NCBI RefSeq assembly: GCF_003704095.1
Contig: NW_020843829.1
Location: 372,001 to 436,000, forward strand
Direction of reading: 5' to 3'
DNA from: Pocillopora damicornis
Taxonomy: Eukaryota
Length of the DNA stretch: 64,000 nt
Shown in pieces: positions 11,921-23,900 of the stretch. A program made the translations under genes and the position numbers. Within the stretch, counting starts at the first letter, position 1. The number at the start of each line of letters is the position of its first letter. Under the pieces are notes generated by a model. The model saw only the letters and a program-made list of their open reading frames with translations. It was not told the origin of the DNA and made no database searches.

Positions 11921-14900
11921 ATGCCCAAGTTGAAAGGAGTCGAAGGCACAAAATCCCACAAGAAAATGCGAAGAAAAAGGTCCACTGCGAGTACTGTCAA
12001 AGGAAAAAGAAAACTTGGAGGCAAGGGTAAAAAGGTAACTAACTATTGCAGTTTTCACCTAAGATTTAGTTTGCGTTGACCGAACGACCGGCATGATTTT
12101 CTTCTTTTTGAAGATCTTTGCGTGGGACGAAATAGTTCATGTGGTCTTCCTTCTTCCCTTCTTCATAAATCCAGTGTAGTGCGCGATGAAAGTAAGGGCG
12201 CTTCTGTCATATTTACTTACGGTTTGAATTACATTGAAATTTTCAAGGCTCTCAGAAAGTGCAGTATCACTTGTCTTTGGATAATACGCAATGGTTGAAA
12301 TAATTTGCTTGGAAGTGTTACTACTCGCGTCGATCTTTTGTGTAGGTAGGAGGGTCTCGAGACCATAGTGTGCAGACAGTTTCTCGATATATCTGTAAAA
12401 TAAAACATAATTTTTTTTCGATGAAAAATCTTGTTGCGTCAGGCAGAGGATGAACATGTATTTGATATTTTATGTTGGAGATATTCGGGAGTCGTACTGT
12501 ATGGCTTTGCCCAGTACTTGTCATGTCGATTTCAGACATCCATAGTTCTCTAGACCTTTCTGTTGGCTTTTGAACTTACAACTTCGAGTTGATTTCAATT
12601 AGGGGAACAAAGCCTTAACCGAAGATGTCAAATATTTGGATCATATTTGTTCAGGGGTAATTTTTTCGGAGCGATTTTCGTTTCTTGGCGATCAAAAGTC
12701 AGCTGTGACTCTCGTATCTGCGCGCGTTTGCTGTTGCGTCGAAGGAGGACGCAAGATCGATCTTGAGGGAAACTTCTGGCCGGTACCCGTTTCTCAGGAG
12801 ATAATTGAAAAAAGCTGCGTAAAACAGTTTCTAAGGGATAGTACAAAAGATCGCTGAAATTTTCTATCATTGACACATAGACAGAGTTTAGTGTATCGAG
12901 TTTTAAAAAAATTGTTTTTCTTTTGTAGCAGTCTGGAAGGAGCGTGAGCCCTCGGAGCGATTCATCAGAGGACAGCGTATTTAGCAATCAAGCCTGCGCA
13001 CCACGGACTTCGGGAAGGATCAAAAAAATGGCGGCAGTGTTCAATCGAGAGGCGAGCTTTGATGACAATCGTTCTGATGTTTATGATGACGATGAAGATA
13101 GGGGATTTTTCCACATGAACGAATCAGATGAAGGTATAATTTAGTTATTGAGAGTGCGACAATTTGTATGGATGGATCGAAAAATGGGTAGTTTGTTTTA
13201 CTTGTGGAACTCAGCAGTGCATGCATGGATATGTTTACATGTTAAGTTGCAAAATATGTAGGGTGTAATGTTTCATACATTATAGTCAACAGACTCTTGA
13301 TTTGCATTGTTTGATAGTAGATTCATTTTTTAGTATTAGTGGGTACAGTTTTTCGTTGCTCTCAGGGCTAGCTAAGGTGCCTGCATGAAATTTTGGATAC
13401 GTGTGCATGTATGTGAGCTCCAGGTATTTTTTTTTTAGATATGCCAATTAACCCGAAAACACTTAAGATTCATACAGTTAAGAAAGGAGTTCCCTCTCTA
13501 TGTTTTGACTGTATGAAAGATTGGGTTCCATGGCAATGGTTAACAAAAAAATGTTTGATTAAATATTTGCAATTGGTTTATGGGTTTTGATCAATCAAGA
13601 TATTTTTTTATCATTGATAAGACTTTGATAATATTCTTTTTAAAGCCAGACAGTGTGAATTTATTTATTCAGCTATAAATCCCTGATATACTGTATGCTA
13701 GAGAGAATTGAAAATTTGAAGCTGAGAAATCCATTTTTGTAATGTTGAATAGTATGTTGTACCCATGCTACAAGGTACATGTATGATTAAAAATGTTATC
13801 TAAATTGAACTTTAGATACAGAAGATGCAAGTGAAACTGATATGGCAAAGCTTGAAGAGGAGTTTACAGAAATGAAAGAACAGTAAGTATTCCTTCCCAC
13901 TTGATAAAAAGTTAGAGAAATTGCTTATGGACAACTTGTCTTACCTAATCCTCCATAGATAGAGCTGACATGTAATCTAGACAATCACAGTATTTTTCAC
14001 GAGATGTGCTCATTAGATTTAAAAATGCTAATTTATAGGTTTATTTATATTTCAGAATGTACCAAGAAAAGTTACAGGATTTTAAACAACAGCTACAGAA
14101 TTTGAACAGTGGTAAGAAGATGAGTGCTGCTATTAAATTTGCTTTTGAACTCAAAATTAAAATGTGTTTTCACTGCTAAGTGTAGTTGACTTAACCCTTC
14201 ACCCTTCACCCTTTATGGAAGTGAGAAACTGTCTTTGAAATGATAGAGCGATTTTCACTATTTCTCAGGTAAACACTCTGACTACACTAAGAGGCTGAAT
14301 AAACTTGATTTAGTTAGAACAGAGAGACTTCTCATTGCAGGTAAAGTATTAAAAGCATTTCTTTTCATTTTCAGCTTTGTTTATTAGTTGTCATTAGTAA
14401 CATTATTATACATGTGCATTACAATACAAGGTTGGATTACATTTTATTACAAACATTAATGTTTTTGTTTGATTCTATTCTTGTTTCTCTTGAATTTTCA
14501 GACATCTGTAGGAAGTATGAGGTATGTACTGGATATAGATATTATTCCATGGAAAGTATACGCAAACAATTTTTATTCATTTGTTTTGATGCATCAAAAA
14601 ATTCACCTGTTTGCTTCACTCAGTCAGTCGTTTTTTTGGCATCACAACTGATGAATAAAAATTTTCAAGCACTTTCCATAGTATGATGTTTTTATTTCAT
14701 ATGTACTGAGATTTACACAGTAAAGCACAAAGCAAACTATTGTGGAAATACATTGTTCCAATCAGAGATAAAACTTTACAATTTAAGTGTCAGTAAGTAT
14801 GAAATCAATTAGGGTTATCAACTAAAGGTAGCATCTAGGGATCAATTGTTTCATACTTCAGAATTAAGAACTTTTCTCTTCATCTTGTCTTTGTATGCCA

Positions 14901-17900
14901 CTATTGTTTACTTCAAGTAAGGCATCAGCTTTCTTCAAATCATGTTTAAACTCTAAACTGCTTGCTTTAATTTATATACTCCATAGTTATCAACTAGTTT
15001 CTATTCAATTCACAAATGATATACCTTGTATACCCACATTTTAAAACAATGTAAAGAAAGTAAAATTTACTTGTTCAGTGCTTTCTGATTTCACATATAT
15101 ATATATGATTGTTGTCAGGATTTTACATAACACACCTTTTTCCTTTGCTTTTGGTCTATATAAAATGAAGCCCAGCCTTATTTGTTTGTAACAGTGATAT
15201 TCTTGCATTCTTCACAAAGATTGAGCTTGTTGAGAAGGAATATGTCCGTGAACAGAAAGCAGCACAAGAGGAGTATGAGGTAAGGGCTGCTTCTCAGTTA
15301 TGGGAATGTTTTATTCTGTTTTTGTGTGATTATTTTGTAATTCTATTTATTTTTTATTCCTTTCACAAATATCTTTTGTACAGCATTATGATCTTTCACA
15401 ACTAGAACACTACCCTCTTACTTAAACTACTCTATGTAAAAATATGTTTACCAGTAGATTTAGCAACAATATAACAATAAAACTTAATGCATAAAAATAT
15501 CTAACAACAAACAGTTCAAAATAACTAAAATGAAACATGCATGATTCTCTGTCACTCAGAGTTTCGTGCTTACACACTCGTCAAACAGATTTAATCTGAC
15601 CACTTTCCTACAGCATTTGGTACAATTTCCCACAATTAACAACAAACATGTATATGCAAATTTTAAAAATAGTCAACTATGGTATGTTGGTCTGATTTAA
15701 TCCCAAATTCTCCAAAACCTAGTTGAAGACATGTGTTTAACTTTTAGTAACGAAAATTGCCATGGATATAGAGTTTTGATTAAGGGTTTTGCTGTCGCGG
15801 TTTAAAGATAAGCCATTTGTTTGTGTTTTTCTCCCTTGTTTAATTAGCAAAAGAAAGTTGAACTCAAAGAGACACTCCTAAATGAACTACAAGAGAAGAA
15901 AAAGGTGATAGAGACAGAGAGGTCATCCATGGAGCTCACCGGAGGTTAGTTAAATAAAGGTATTTTTTCAAAAGGAATCATCACAGAATAACACATTATT
16001 TGGGGTAGACAAAAATTCCAAAGCATTTTGCAGTAACAGAAAGAAGCTCAGATCAATATCAGTCTCTGGGCAACTGCCCACCTACCCCTCCCCTAACCCA
16101 AAATTAACCCTGACTTGTTATCAATTGACTGTTGTTAAGTTAGGGAAGGGGTAGGTGGGCAGTTGTCCAGATACTGATATTGATCCAGAAGCTCTGCATC
16201 AATTAAAGTAACCAAAAAGTCACAGCTCATGAGCTTTCATTTCATTGGAGTTTCCAAATTACAGGGTTTTCATTGAGTAGTTAGTTTTGCTGTCAATCTC
16301 TGGTTTTTGTAGCATCCTTTATTGAAAAAAAAAAGTTATCTTTGATAAAACAGTTGCTAGCCACCAATAATAGTTGGCTCATGGTGATTTCAACCAGCAA
16401 TAAACTACCTGTACATTTTATCAAAAATTTTTCCTCTGATTTAAATGTTGCCTAGAAGCAAATTGTTTAGGGGAGTAATGCTAAATGACTGACAATTCTC
16501 CTATTTTGATAGATTCAGTGGAAGTGAAACCTGCTGTTACACGAAAACTGAGAAGAAGACCAAATGACCCATTACCCGCTCCTGAAAAAAGAAGAAAGAC
16601 TTCTCATATCCTTATGAATTCATTGCCCTACAATTCAATTACTGAAGATTTTGTTATTTTGTTACTAGGTACAAAAAATTTGTCAGCATATGATAAGTGC
16701 TGTTGATATGAACAGACAGTGAGAGAGAAGGGATCACTTTGCCAGGTCATGTGTAGCCATTTCAGATTGGAGAATTATGGGGTTGTTTGGTAGAATTCTG
16801 TAGTCTTAACCTCCTAACCCCTTGGAATGATTAGCGTCTTGTCTCTCCCCAGGATCTTACCCCTGAATCAAACATTAAGGTTATGAGAATATAGGAAATG
16901 GTCACCAAGTAAAGAGGGTCTTGATGGTTGTACAAATCCTCTTCAGTGCCATAGGAAAATTTTTGTGACTAGTATGGAGAATTTCATAGAAAAGGTTGTG
17001 GTTATTCATCGTGAATGACAATAAAAGCTAAGTTTTTCTCGTTTGTCTCACATGACTATATTGTGACACAAACGAAAAAAAACTTAGCTTTTATTTTTAT
17101 AGTATGGAGAATATACATATTGATGTTTGGGTGTAAAAGGTTAAAGCTTGAAGTACTTTCTATTCTGATTGGGAACATATTTTTCTGTTTCTCATCACTC
17201 TTCTCCTGCCTATGCATTTCTCTATAAAAACTCTGTTTGTTTCTGTTTGACCTGAGTTCTATGTTGTGTTGGCAATCTTAACCAACCTCACCCCAGATAA
17301 ACTACATGCTTGATGAAGAAGATATCATGGAAGACTTAAAAGCCCTCAACAAGTTGGTCTCTCTTCCAGGAGAGGTGATGAAATGTTTTTGAGTGTGATG
17401 AAAGTATTGATTGATTATATGTACCTTTTTGCTGTGCCTCCAAAAAGGACAGGAAAAAAAGGTCATTTGTGATTGCTTAAAAGGATGTTTCAAAAGAATG
17501 TGTTAAGTTATTCTTAGTTTAGTGATGATTTATAACTGTGAATAACCCTTTTTTTTTATTCGAAAAAAAAAAATTGTGATCTTGTAGTGAATAAACTGTT
17601 TAATCATTATTTGCACATAGATGAAATTTATGGTGGTATTTGTAAACTTTGATGATCTCTAATGCTGTATTTTAGGTGTCATCATCACAAGGCCAGTCGC
17701 AGAATAAAACAGGATCAAGCCGTCTTAAAACATCCTCAGGTATCTTAATGAAATTATTTCTCACAAGCAGCACATGTATAATACAGCTTGCTCACCAAGG
17801 GGAAGTTATCCTTTTAGTAAAAGACAAAATTTTCATTATTTATTAGACCAAACTGCTTCTCAGGCTCATAGTGGGAGGACTTATATTGTCTACAACTCAT

Positions 17901-18971
17901 GTGATATATACTTAATCTTCTTGTAAAATATCTCAGGAAACGGCTCACATTCAGAAATCTCATACCCAGTTGAGGTCCGCTCCGAGGATGGAAGGCTCTT
18001 ATATGACAAAAAATGGTAATAGCATGTCTTGTGAAATTAATGTGCAGTTTATTGTTATAGCTCAGCATAAGTCTTAAGGAACTGCCCTAGGATAATTTTA
18101 ATTGGTGAAGGCTTGTTACCTTCAAGGAGGATTAAAAAAATGTAATTTGAGCACCATGCGTAAAAACTTATGTAGATGGTGCAGCTGATTGCTTATTGCA
18201 GTATTTTTAGCTTGAGTGCTCTTCTGTAAAGGAGTATTATAATAGATCTCTTGACTTTGGTTCTCCATTGTTATTAGGTTCCATAAAGGGTGTGGTATTG
18301 TTGTAGAAACAAGAGAGAATGGAAGATATAGGTGAGATTTCTTACAGTTGTTGACCATGGCACCTGCAGAATTAATTGTTGTTGTTGTTACCTTTTTAAA
18401 AAAACAAATTTATCATCATTATTAAGTTGCAAAAAGCTTCTTTTCTATTTTAGTAATTGAAACATTTTCTTTTCTTTCAGTGGATCCCTTCATTCTATTG
18501 GCCAGTCAGAGGTGAGATTACCTACATTTTTGACACTAATCAAATTTGAAAGATCTCATTTAGTTAATTTAATATGCAATGCTAACCTTGAAGGCAACAC
18601 TTCTCATTCCAAACTTTCTTTTGGACTTTAATTTTTTTAATTCATAGCTTATGGTGACACCATGAATATAAATCCTGTGTTAAAATGTGAGGTATCATGA
18701 TTGAAATACAGCATTGCCTGCACAACTTAAGTAATCCTAATATCAAGTCTTGTCTTACTTCCTTTAATACATTTGTCATACAAAATTACATATTGAATAT
18801 TTATTTTTTTTCACATTATTTTAGATATGGATCAAGAAAACTGATAACACAAAAGTGCGAATTTACATTTCCTCACTGATGAAAGGGAAATTCCATCTCA
18901 AGAAGAAAAATTCCAGCAGCAGCAATAATAGCATGAATTCTGGTCCTTCAGTGAATCACTCCAGTACATAA
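11921..18971 (+). CDS. SUDS3: Sin3-HDAC corepressor subunit SDS3, with a putative basic N-terminal extension
   Basis: Exons 11921-12034 (putative), 12929(or ATG 13028)-13133, 13816-13882, 14056-14111, 14269-14340, 14502-14521 (20-nt microexon), 15220-15279, 15848-15944, 16513-16605, 17292-17374 (3' end uncertain), 17676-17739, 17937-18015, 18278-18331, 18481-18511, 18825-18971. Diagnostic peptides: DTEDASETDMAK...[74 protein letters not shown]. Confidence 0.93.
16050..16186. mobile_element. Palindromic MITE with 8-bp target-site duplication
   Basis: ~45-bp inverted ends (GATCAATATCAGT...CCCACCTACCCCT / AGGGGTAGGTGGG...ACTGATATTGATC) flanked by AGAAGCTC at 16042-16049 and 16187-16194. Confidence 0.85.
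16606..17291 (+). other. U12-type AT-AC intron in SUDS3
   Basis: 5' splice site ATATCCTT; branch site TCTTAAC at 17276-17282; AC acceptor at 17290-17291. Splicing gives the homologous peptide KRRKTS-PQINYML. Confidence 0.93.
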
Positions 18972-19396
18972 CACTCATTCTGAGGACATTTAGGTTCATT
19001 TATAGCAACAATTACTTTTAATAATTGATGCCCCAGTCCATAACTCTTAACTGGTAATGTTTTCTTTGTTAATAAAGTGACACCAGATAAACTTTCCATG
19101 CATATGGAGCAGCACTAAGAAAGATTGAACTAACCAAAAATGTTAAAACTGGGAACATTTTCAGAGTTTATCATGCAAGGGGTCATAAAAGTTTTGTTTC
19201 AGAAATCCAATTTCTTTGGCAAAAATTTGCAGTCAAAAAAGTCTATAAGAGATCTACTTGTGTACATTATACAGAGGTGCTGTTTGTGAAGGTCACAGAT
19301 ATTTATTTGTAAACTTTGTCAATATAGATTAGAGAGGGAATTGTCTCCACTGGAATCTGTAGATGTCGCACTGTGTGTACCCTTGCTGGGAGTGTT

Positions 19397-19577
19397 CAGT
19401 TTTTATCACACTTTATATCCAATCCTTCTTTGGCTCTTGTAAATTCCCTGAATTAGAGTAAATCTCTCTAAGTTCATTACCCAGTTGTCAGTTTATCACA
19501 CTTTATATCCAATCCTTCTTTGGCTCTAGTAAATTCTCTGAATTAGCATAAATCTCTCTAATTTCATTACCCAGTTG
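19397..19577 (+). repeat. Tandem duplication (~91 bp x2) downstream of the SUDS3 stop
   Basis: TTTATCACACTTTATATCCAATCCTTCTTTGGCTCT...TTCATTACCCAGTTG repeated with a few mismatches. Confidence 0.9.
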
Positions 19578-19965
19578 CCTATCATTTCAGTATAAGTTTT
19601 GTGGTTCCTTGTAACTTTAGGAAACATTGCAAACAGAACAAAAGGAAAAAATTAACCTCTAGAGGTTCTTCTATCAGCTGTGTTGAAAATAATTTTCTCC
19701 CAGTGTAATTTCTCTCGTTTCCTGATAATCAAGGTCAACATGCATATATTTACTCAGTCAGAGAATGTCATTGCTGTAAATAGTAACATTCAACCAAGTA
19801 TTAAAAACTTTGAAACAATCATTGTTACAATGAGCTGTGTGACATTTAAATTTTCATTGTGCAATCAACATTCACATGTGGAAGATTATTTAGTTTATCT
19901 CTGTTCCATACAAACCCAAATTCTCTGCAGGCATGGCTCATCCTCACTGAAGTGAAGAAAAGCAC

Positions 19966-20175
19966 ATAACCCTTCAACTCCCATGAGTGACCAAGACAAT
20001 TTCTTCTCACAATAATAATACAATATCAAGTAGACAAGTGATGAGAATATAGAAAAATATCAGTGAGGGAATTATAAGTTGATCCAACACCAAATTCTTC
20101 AAACTAACATCACAAGAACTGTATGGGAGAAATAAAAGCGAATTACTTATGAGATCTTGGGAGTTAAAGGGTTAA
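19966..20175. mobile_element. piggyBac-type MITE, subfamily B
   Basis: ATAACCCTTCAACTCCCATGAGTGACCAAG ... GATCTTGGGAGTTAAAGGGTTAA. Confidence 0.8.
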
Positions 20176-20288
20176 AATTATACAATGTAGAGTTGTGAAG
20201 ACAAACCAGAGTGGAATAAACTGCAAGCATCTATACCGTGTTTTAAATACTGGGGATAACATACTGAATTCCATACATCACATAGGAG

Positions 20289-20500
20289 TCAACCCTTTAA
20301 AACCTGAAGGGTGATTAGCATCTAATTTCTCCCTACAGTATCAACCCTGAATCACACATTAAAGTCATGAGAGTAAAGGAAATGATCACCGACGAAAGAA
20401 GCTTTCAATTGGTAAACAAATTCTCCTTGTCAGCACCTAACAAAATATATAAGAATAGTATGGAGAATATGCATACTGATGTTGGAGTGTAAAGGGTTAA
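20289..20500. mobile_element. piggyBac-type MITE, subfamily A
   Basis: TCAACCCTTTAAAACC ... GCATACTGATGTTGGAGTGTAAAGGGTTAA. Confidence 0.8.
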
Positions 20501-20932
20501 TATCAGTAAAAGGGTAAGGGCTAAAAATTACAGAAAAGGTTCGAGGTGCTTTTGAAAGTGAACAAACTGAAATTTTACATTTTATTTTTTATCAGTTTAG
20601 AGTTTCAGCTGAAGTTTTTATGATTAATTTTGGTTACTCTTTTAGTGAGGCATATTTCAGTCCAAAAATTAAAGAGACAACTTTTGAATTGTATGATTAT
20701 CTGTAACATATTCAGTTAAACGTAGTCTGACAAATAAATAGCTCTAAGAACAGTTCAGCAAACAACTTTATTTCAACTACATGATCTTACTGAACATCTC
20801 CATTTAAAACAAATAATTTACAAACAACGTCAACAGGGGCAGTGCACTAAGTTTTCTATGAGAAAGTTCATGTTTGATGACATGATGTGAGCTTCTTCAA
20901 GCTCCACTTGTAGATGTTTTATGGCAACTTGA

Positions 20933-23900
20933 TCAATATGGTCTGTCTCTTCGCTCTTGCCTCATCCCTTGTCTGCAAATGGCAAAAAGACAAAACAAAA
21001 AAGCCCAATAATTAGAAAGCGTGTTTGTGTATCTGTAGTTTTTATCTCTTAAATCAGACAAGAAGTATATGAGGAACTGAAAACATCTCCAAATCACACT
21101 TCAACCAAAAAACATTCCTTGATTTTCCATTAGTAATACCTATGTGAGGAAAAAATGGGCCCCCACTTTTGCATTTCACAACACAGCCTACTGGTAGCTG
21201 CCAAGCAATTTCTTATTTTTAATTCGCTCCTAACCTATTAAAAACAAGCTTTTGTTATCATAATAAAACTCTTTGATAAAGTTTATGGTTATCTTACTCT
21301 CTTAGTAAAACATCACTAAAGTACTATTCCACAAAGACTCATAGAATTTTATTTTTCAACTAGCATCCTGATTTCCTCTTACAATAGCACCCTTGAACCA
21401 CACATTAAGGTCACAAGGATAAAGGAATTGAACACAATTTCTGAGGCTTTTAATTTTTTTCTTTATATCAGCAGCATGGAAAATGTTTAGTGAACAGTAT
21501 GGATAATATGGGTATTAAAGGTGAAATTTGTTTTTCAAACTACACTCAGCATTTTACCTGTCATAACCACCTCTTCCACCTCCACCTCTCCTGTCACCAC
21601 GCCCTCCACCTCTGCCTCCACCTCTACCTCCCCCCCAACCTCCTCTTCCACCTCCCCCACTTCTTCCACCATATCCACCACCACCTGGAGCAAAAGACAA
21701 GGAAGTTAACACCAGATAATACTGGAACTGTTACTGTGACAATTTATCATCTGTAAAAAGATAGGCAAAGGGTCCACAAAAATAGACAAACATTGAAAAT
21801 AGTTACCATCTCCACCACCATCGCCAGATCTTGGTGTTTGGCATCGATTGCAGGTGTCCCTCCTGGCAAAATTCATGTTTCCACACCTGTCCACAAAAAA
21901 AAACACAAAAAAAACAATTTTAAAAAATTTTTAAAAAAAAAGTCACTAAGGATCTATTAGTAACCTCTTAAATAACTTTCTAACATGTAGCATTCCAAGA
22001 TGAATTTACTAGTATAAAAGGTCAGATTCCATGATTGTGAGTTTGTAAATGATCCAAGGTTAGCCACTTATCTAGTAATACACCAACCAGATGCAAGATA
22101 AAATCTTAAACATATGTCTGAATTTAAACTAATTAGCCAGTGCCCACCAACACTTAACACCATGAACCAATAACTCTTTTTATAATATTAAGACATGGAC
22201 CACTCTTGTCTTCAAAATGCAATTCATATAAAACACTCCACTTACGATGGGCAGTCCCAGTCCCCAGCACGAGCTTCCATTCCTCCGCCACTACCACCAC
22301 CACGATGGTCATCTCGACCACCCCTTCTGTCACCACCACCCCCACGTCCACCACGAGGACCTGCATAGAGAAGGGGTCAACTTACTTACAAAATTTTGCT
22401 TTATTATTCTAAAAGTGGCTTTTTGGGTCTTCAGGAACAGAAGCAATAGTAAATGTAATCTGTGCCAAGTTGACAACTAACATCTGTTTTCACTACAGCA
22501 CTAACATGAGGGGGGGGGGGTTGATTTTTTTTTCAGAAACCAAAGTTATCCCATGATCAATCAGAACAAAGAACTCAAACCATAAATAAGTCACTGCTTG
22601 AAACAGGAAAAAACTAGTTATCAGTTTGCAACTGATTGATTGGTTGGGAGAGAAGTGCAAGTTTTCTGGACCAATCAGAAAGCAAAGGTAATGAAATACA
22701 ACCCAATCCATTATCATTTACTACACACAATTGAAAACTTTTCATGTAACAACCACAGCTTGATTACAACAACCCCACACTAAATAAACGACAGAATGAT
22801 AATAAAAGAGGTCACACCTCGTCCTCCACCACCTCTTCCACCAAAGCCTCCTTTGGGTACTCTCTTCTCAGCAAATTCAACCTTGATTGTCTGTCCAAGA
22901 AACTCTTTACCTGAAGAGATAATATGAACAATAAATGAATCTTAACATCTTTATTTCCACTGAAACACACTCCAGACAGCCACCTCCTTTGAATTGAAGT
23001 CAGTGCATCACTGTATTTTCTTAAATCTTTAGAATCCCTTTTCTATGAACCAAGATTCTGTTCCACAAGATAATGTTTTCACAAGTTTTTACAAACTAAT
23101 TCTCCTTAAATATTGAAAGGAAAATAAATTTAAAGAAATCACTTCACTACTGGAGGATGAATAAAAGACAGAGAAAATAAAAGCTACCGGTAACTAAAAT
23201 CAGTTAACAAGATTATGCTTCATCTCTCAGACAAGCTCTACACAAAAAGGAAAGCTGTCATTTATTAACCCTTAGAGTAAGCAGTAATACTGCTTAATAA
23301 TTCATTAAGATCATGAGAATAAAGAAAATGATCACCACACTAAGAAGCTTTGATTGGGAAATAAATTCTCCTTGTTGCTGCCAAAGGAAATGTGAAGAGA
23401 AGAGTTTGGAGAATATGGATACTGATGTTAGAATGTGAAAGATTAATTGCAGCAAGTCAATCTTTCATGATATCATGCACAGCAAGGATGCTCATTGCAT
23501 TACAATAAAATGACATCCATAATGTCACAACTAGCTTTATTAGTAAATCAATTTACCATTGAACCAAGAGATAGCAGCATTAGCTGTTGGCGGATCATCA
23601 TAAGTAACAGTAGCATCCCCCTGGGGTAAATAAAAATATTTTATATCATTTTAAACCAATAACAATCTGAACTCACTACATGCACTCTTCACAAAACAAC
23701 AAAAGGCTGCAAGTGTAATGAAGACTTGGTTTTTACCTTTGGAGTCCCGTCAGGATGTCTGTAAATCCAGATTTTAGGGTTGCCTGTCTTTTTGTCAATC
23801 TGAGACAAACATTTTAAATGGAGGTTGTTTAAGAGTGTGATAAAAACTCAACTGCAAACCTAGACAGTGTAAACTAACCTTAAACTATCCTATCAGTATA

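Noticed and set aside
12137-12987. Several ORFs within SUDS3 intron 1
   Set aside because: No recognisable homology or consistent splice signals; likely chance ORFs in a CpG-rich promoter-proximal region.
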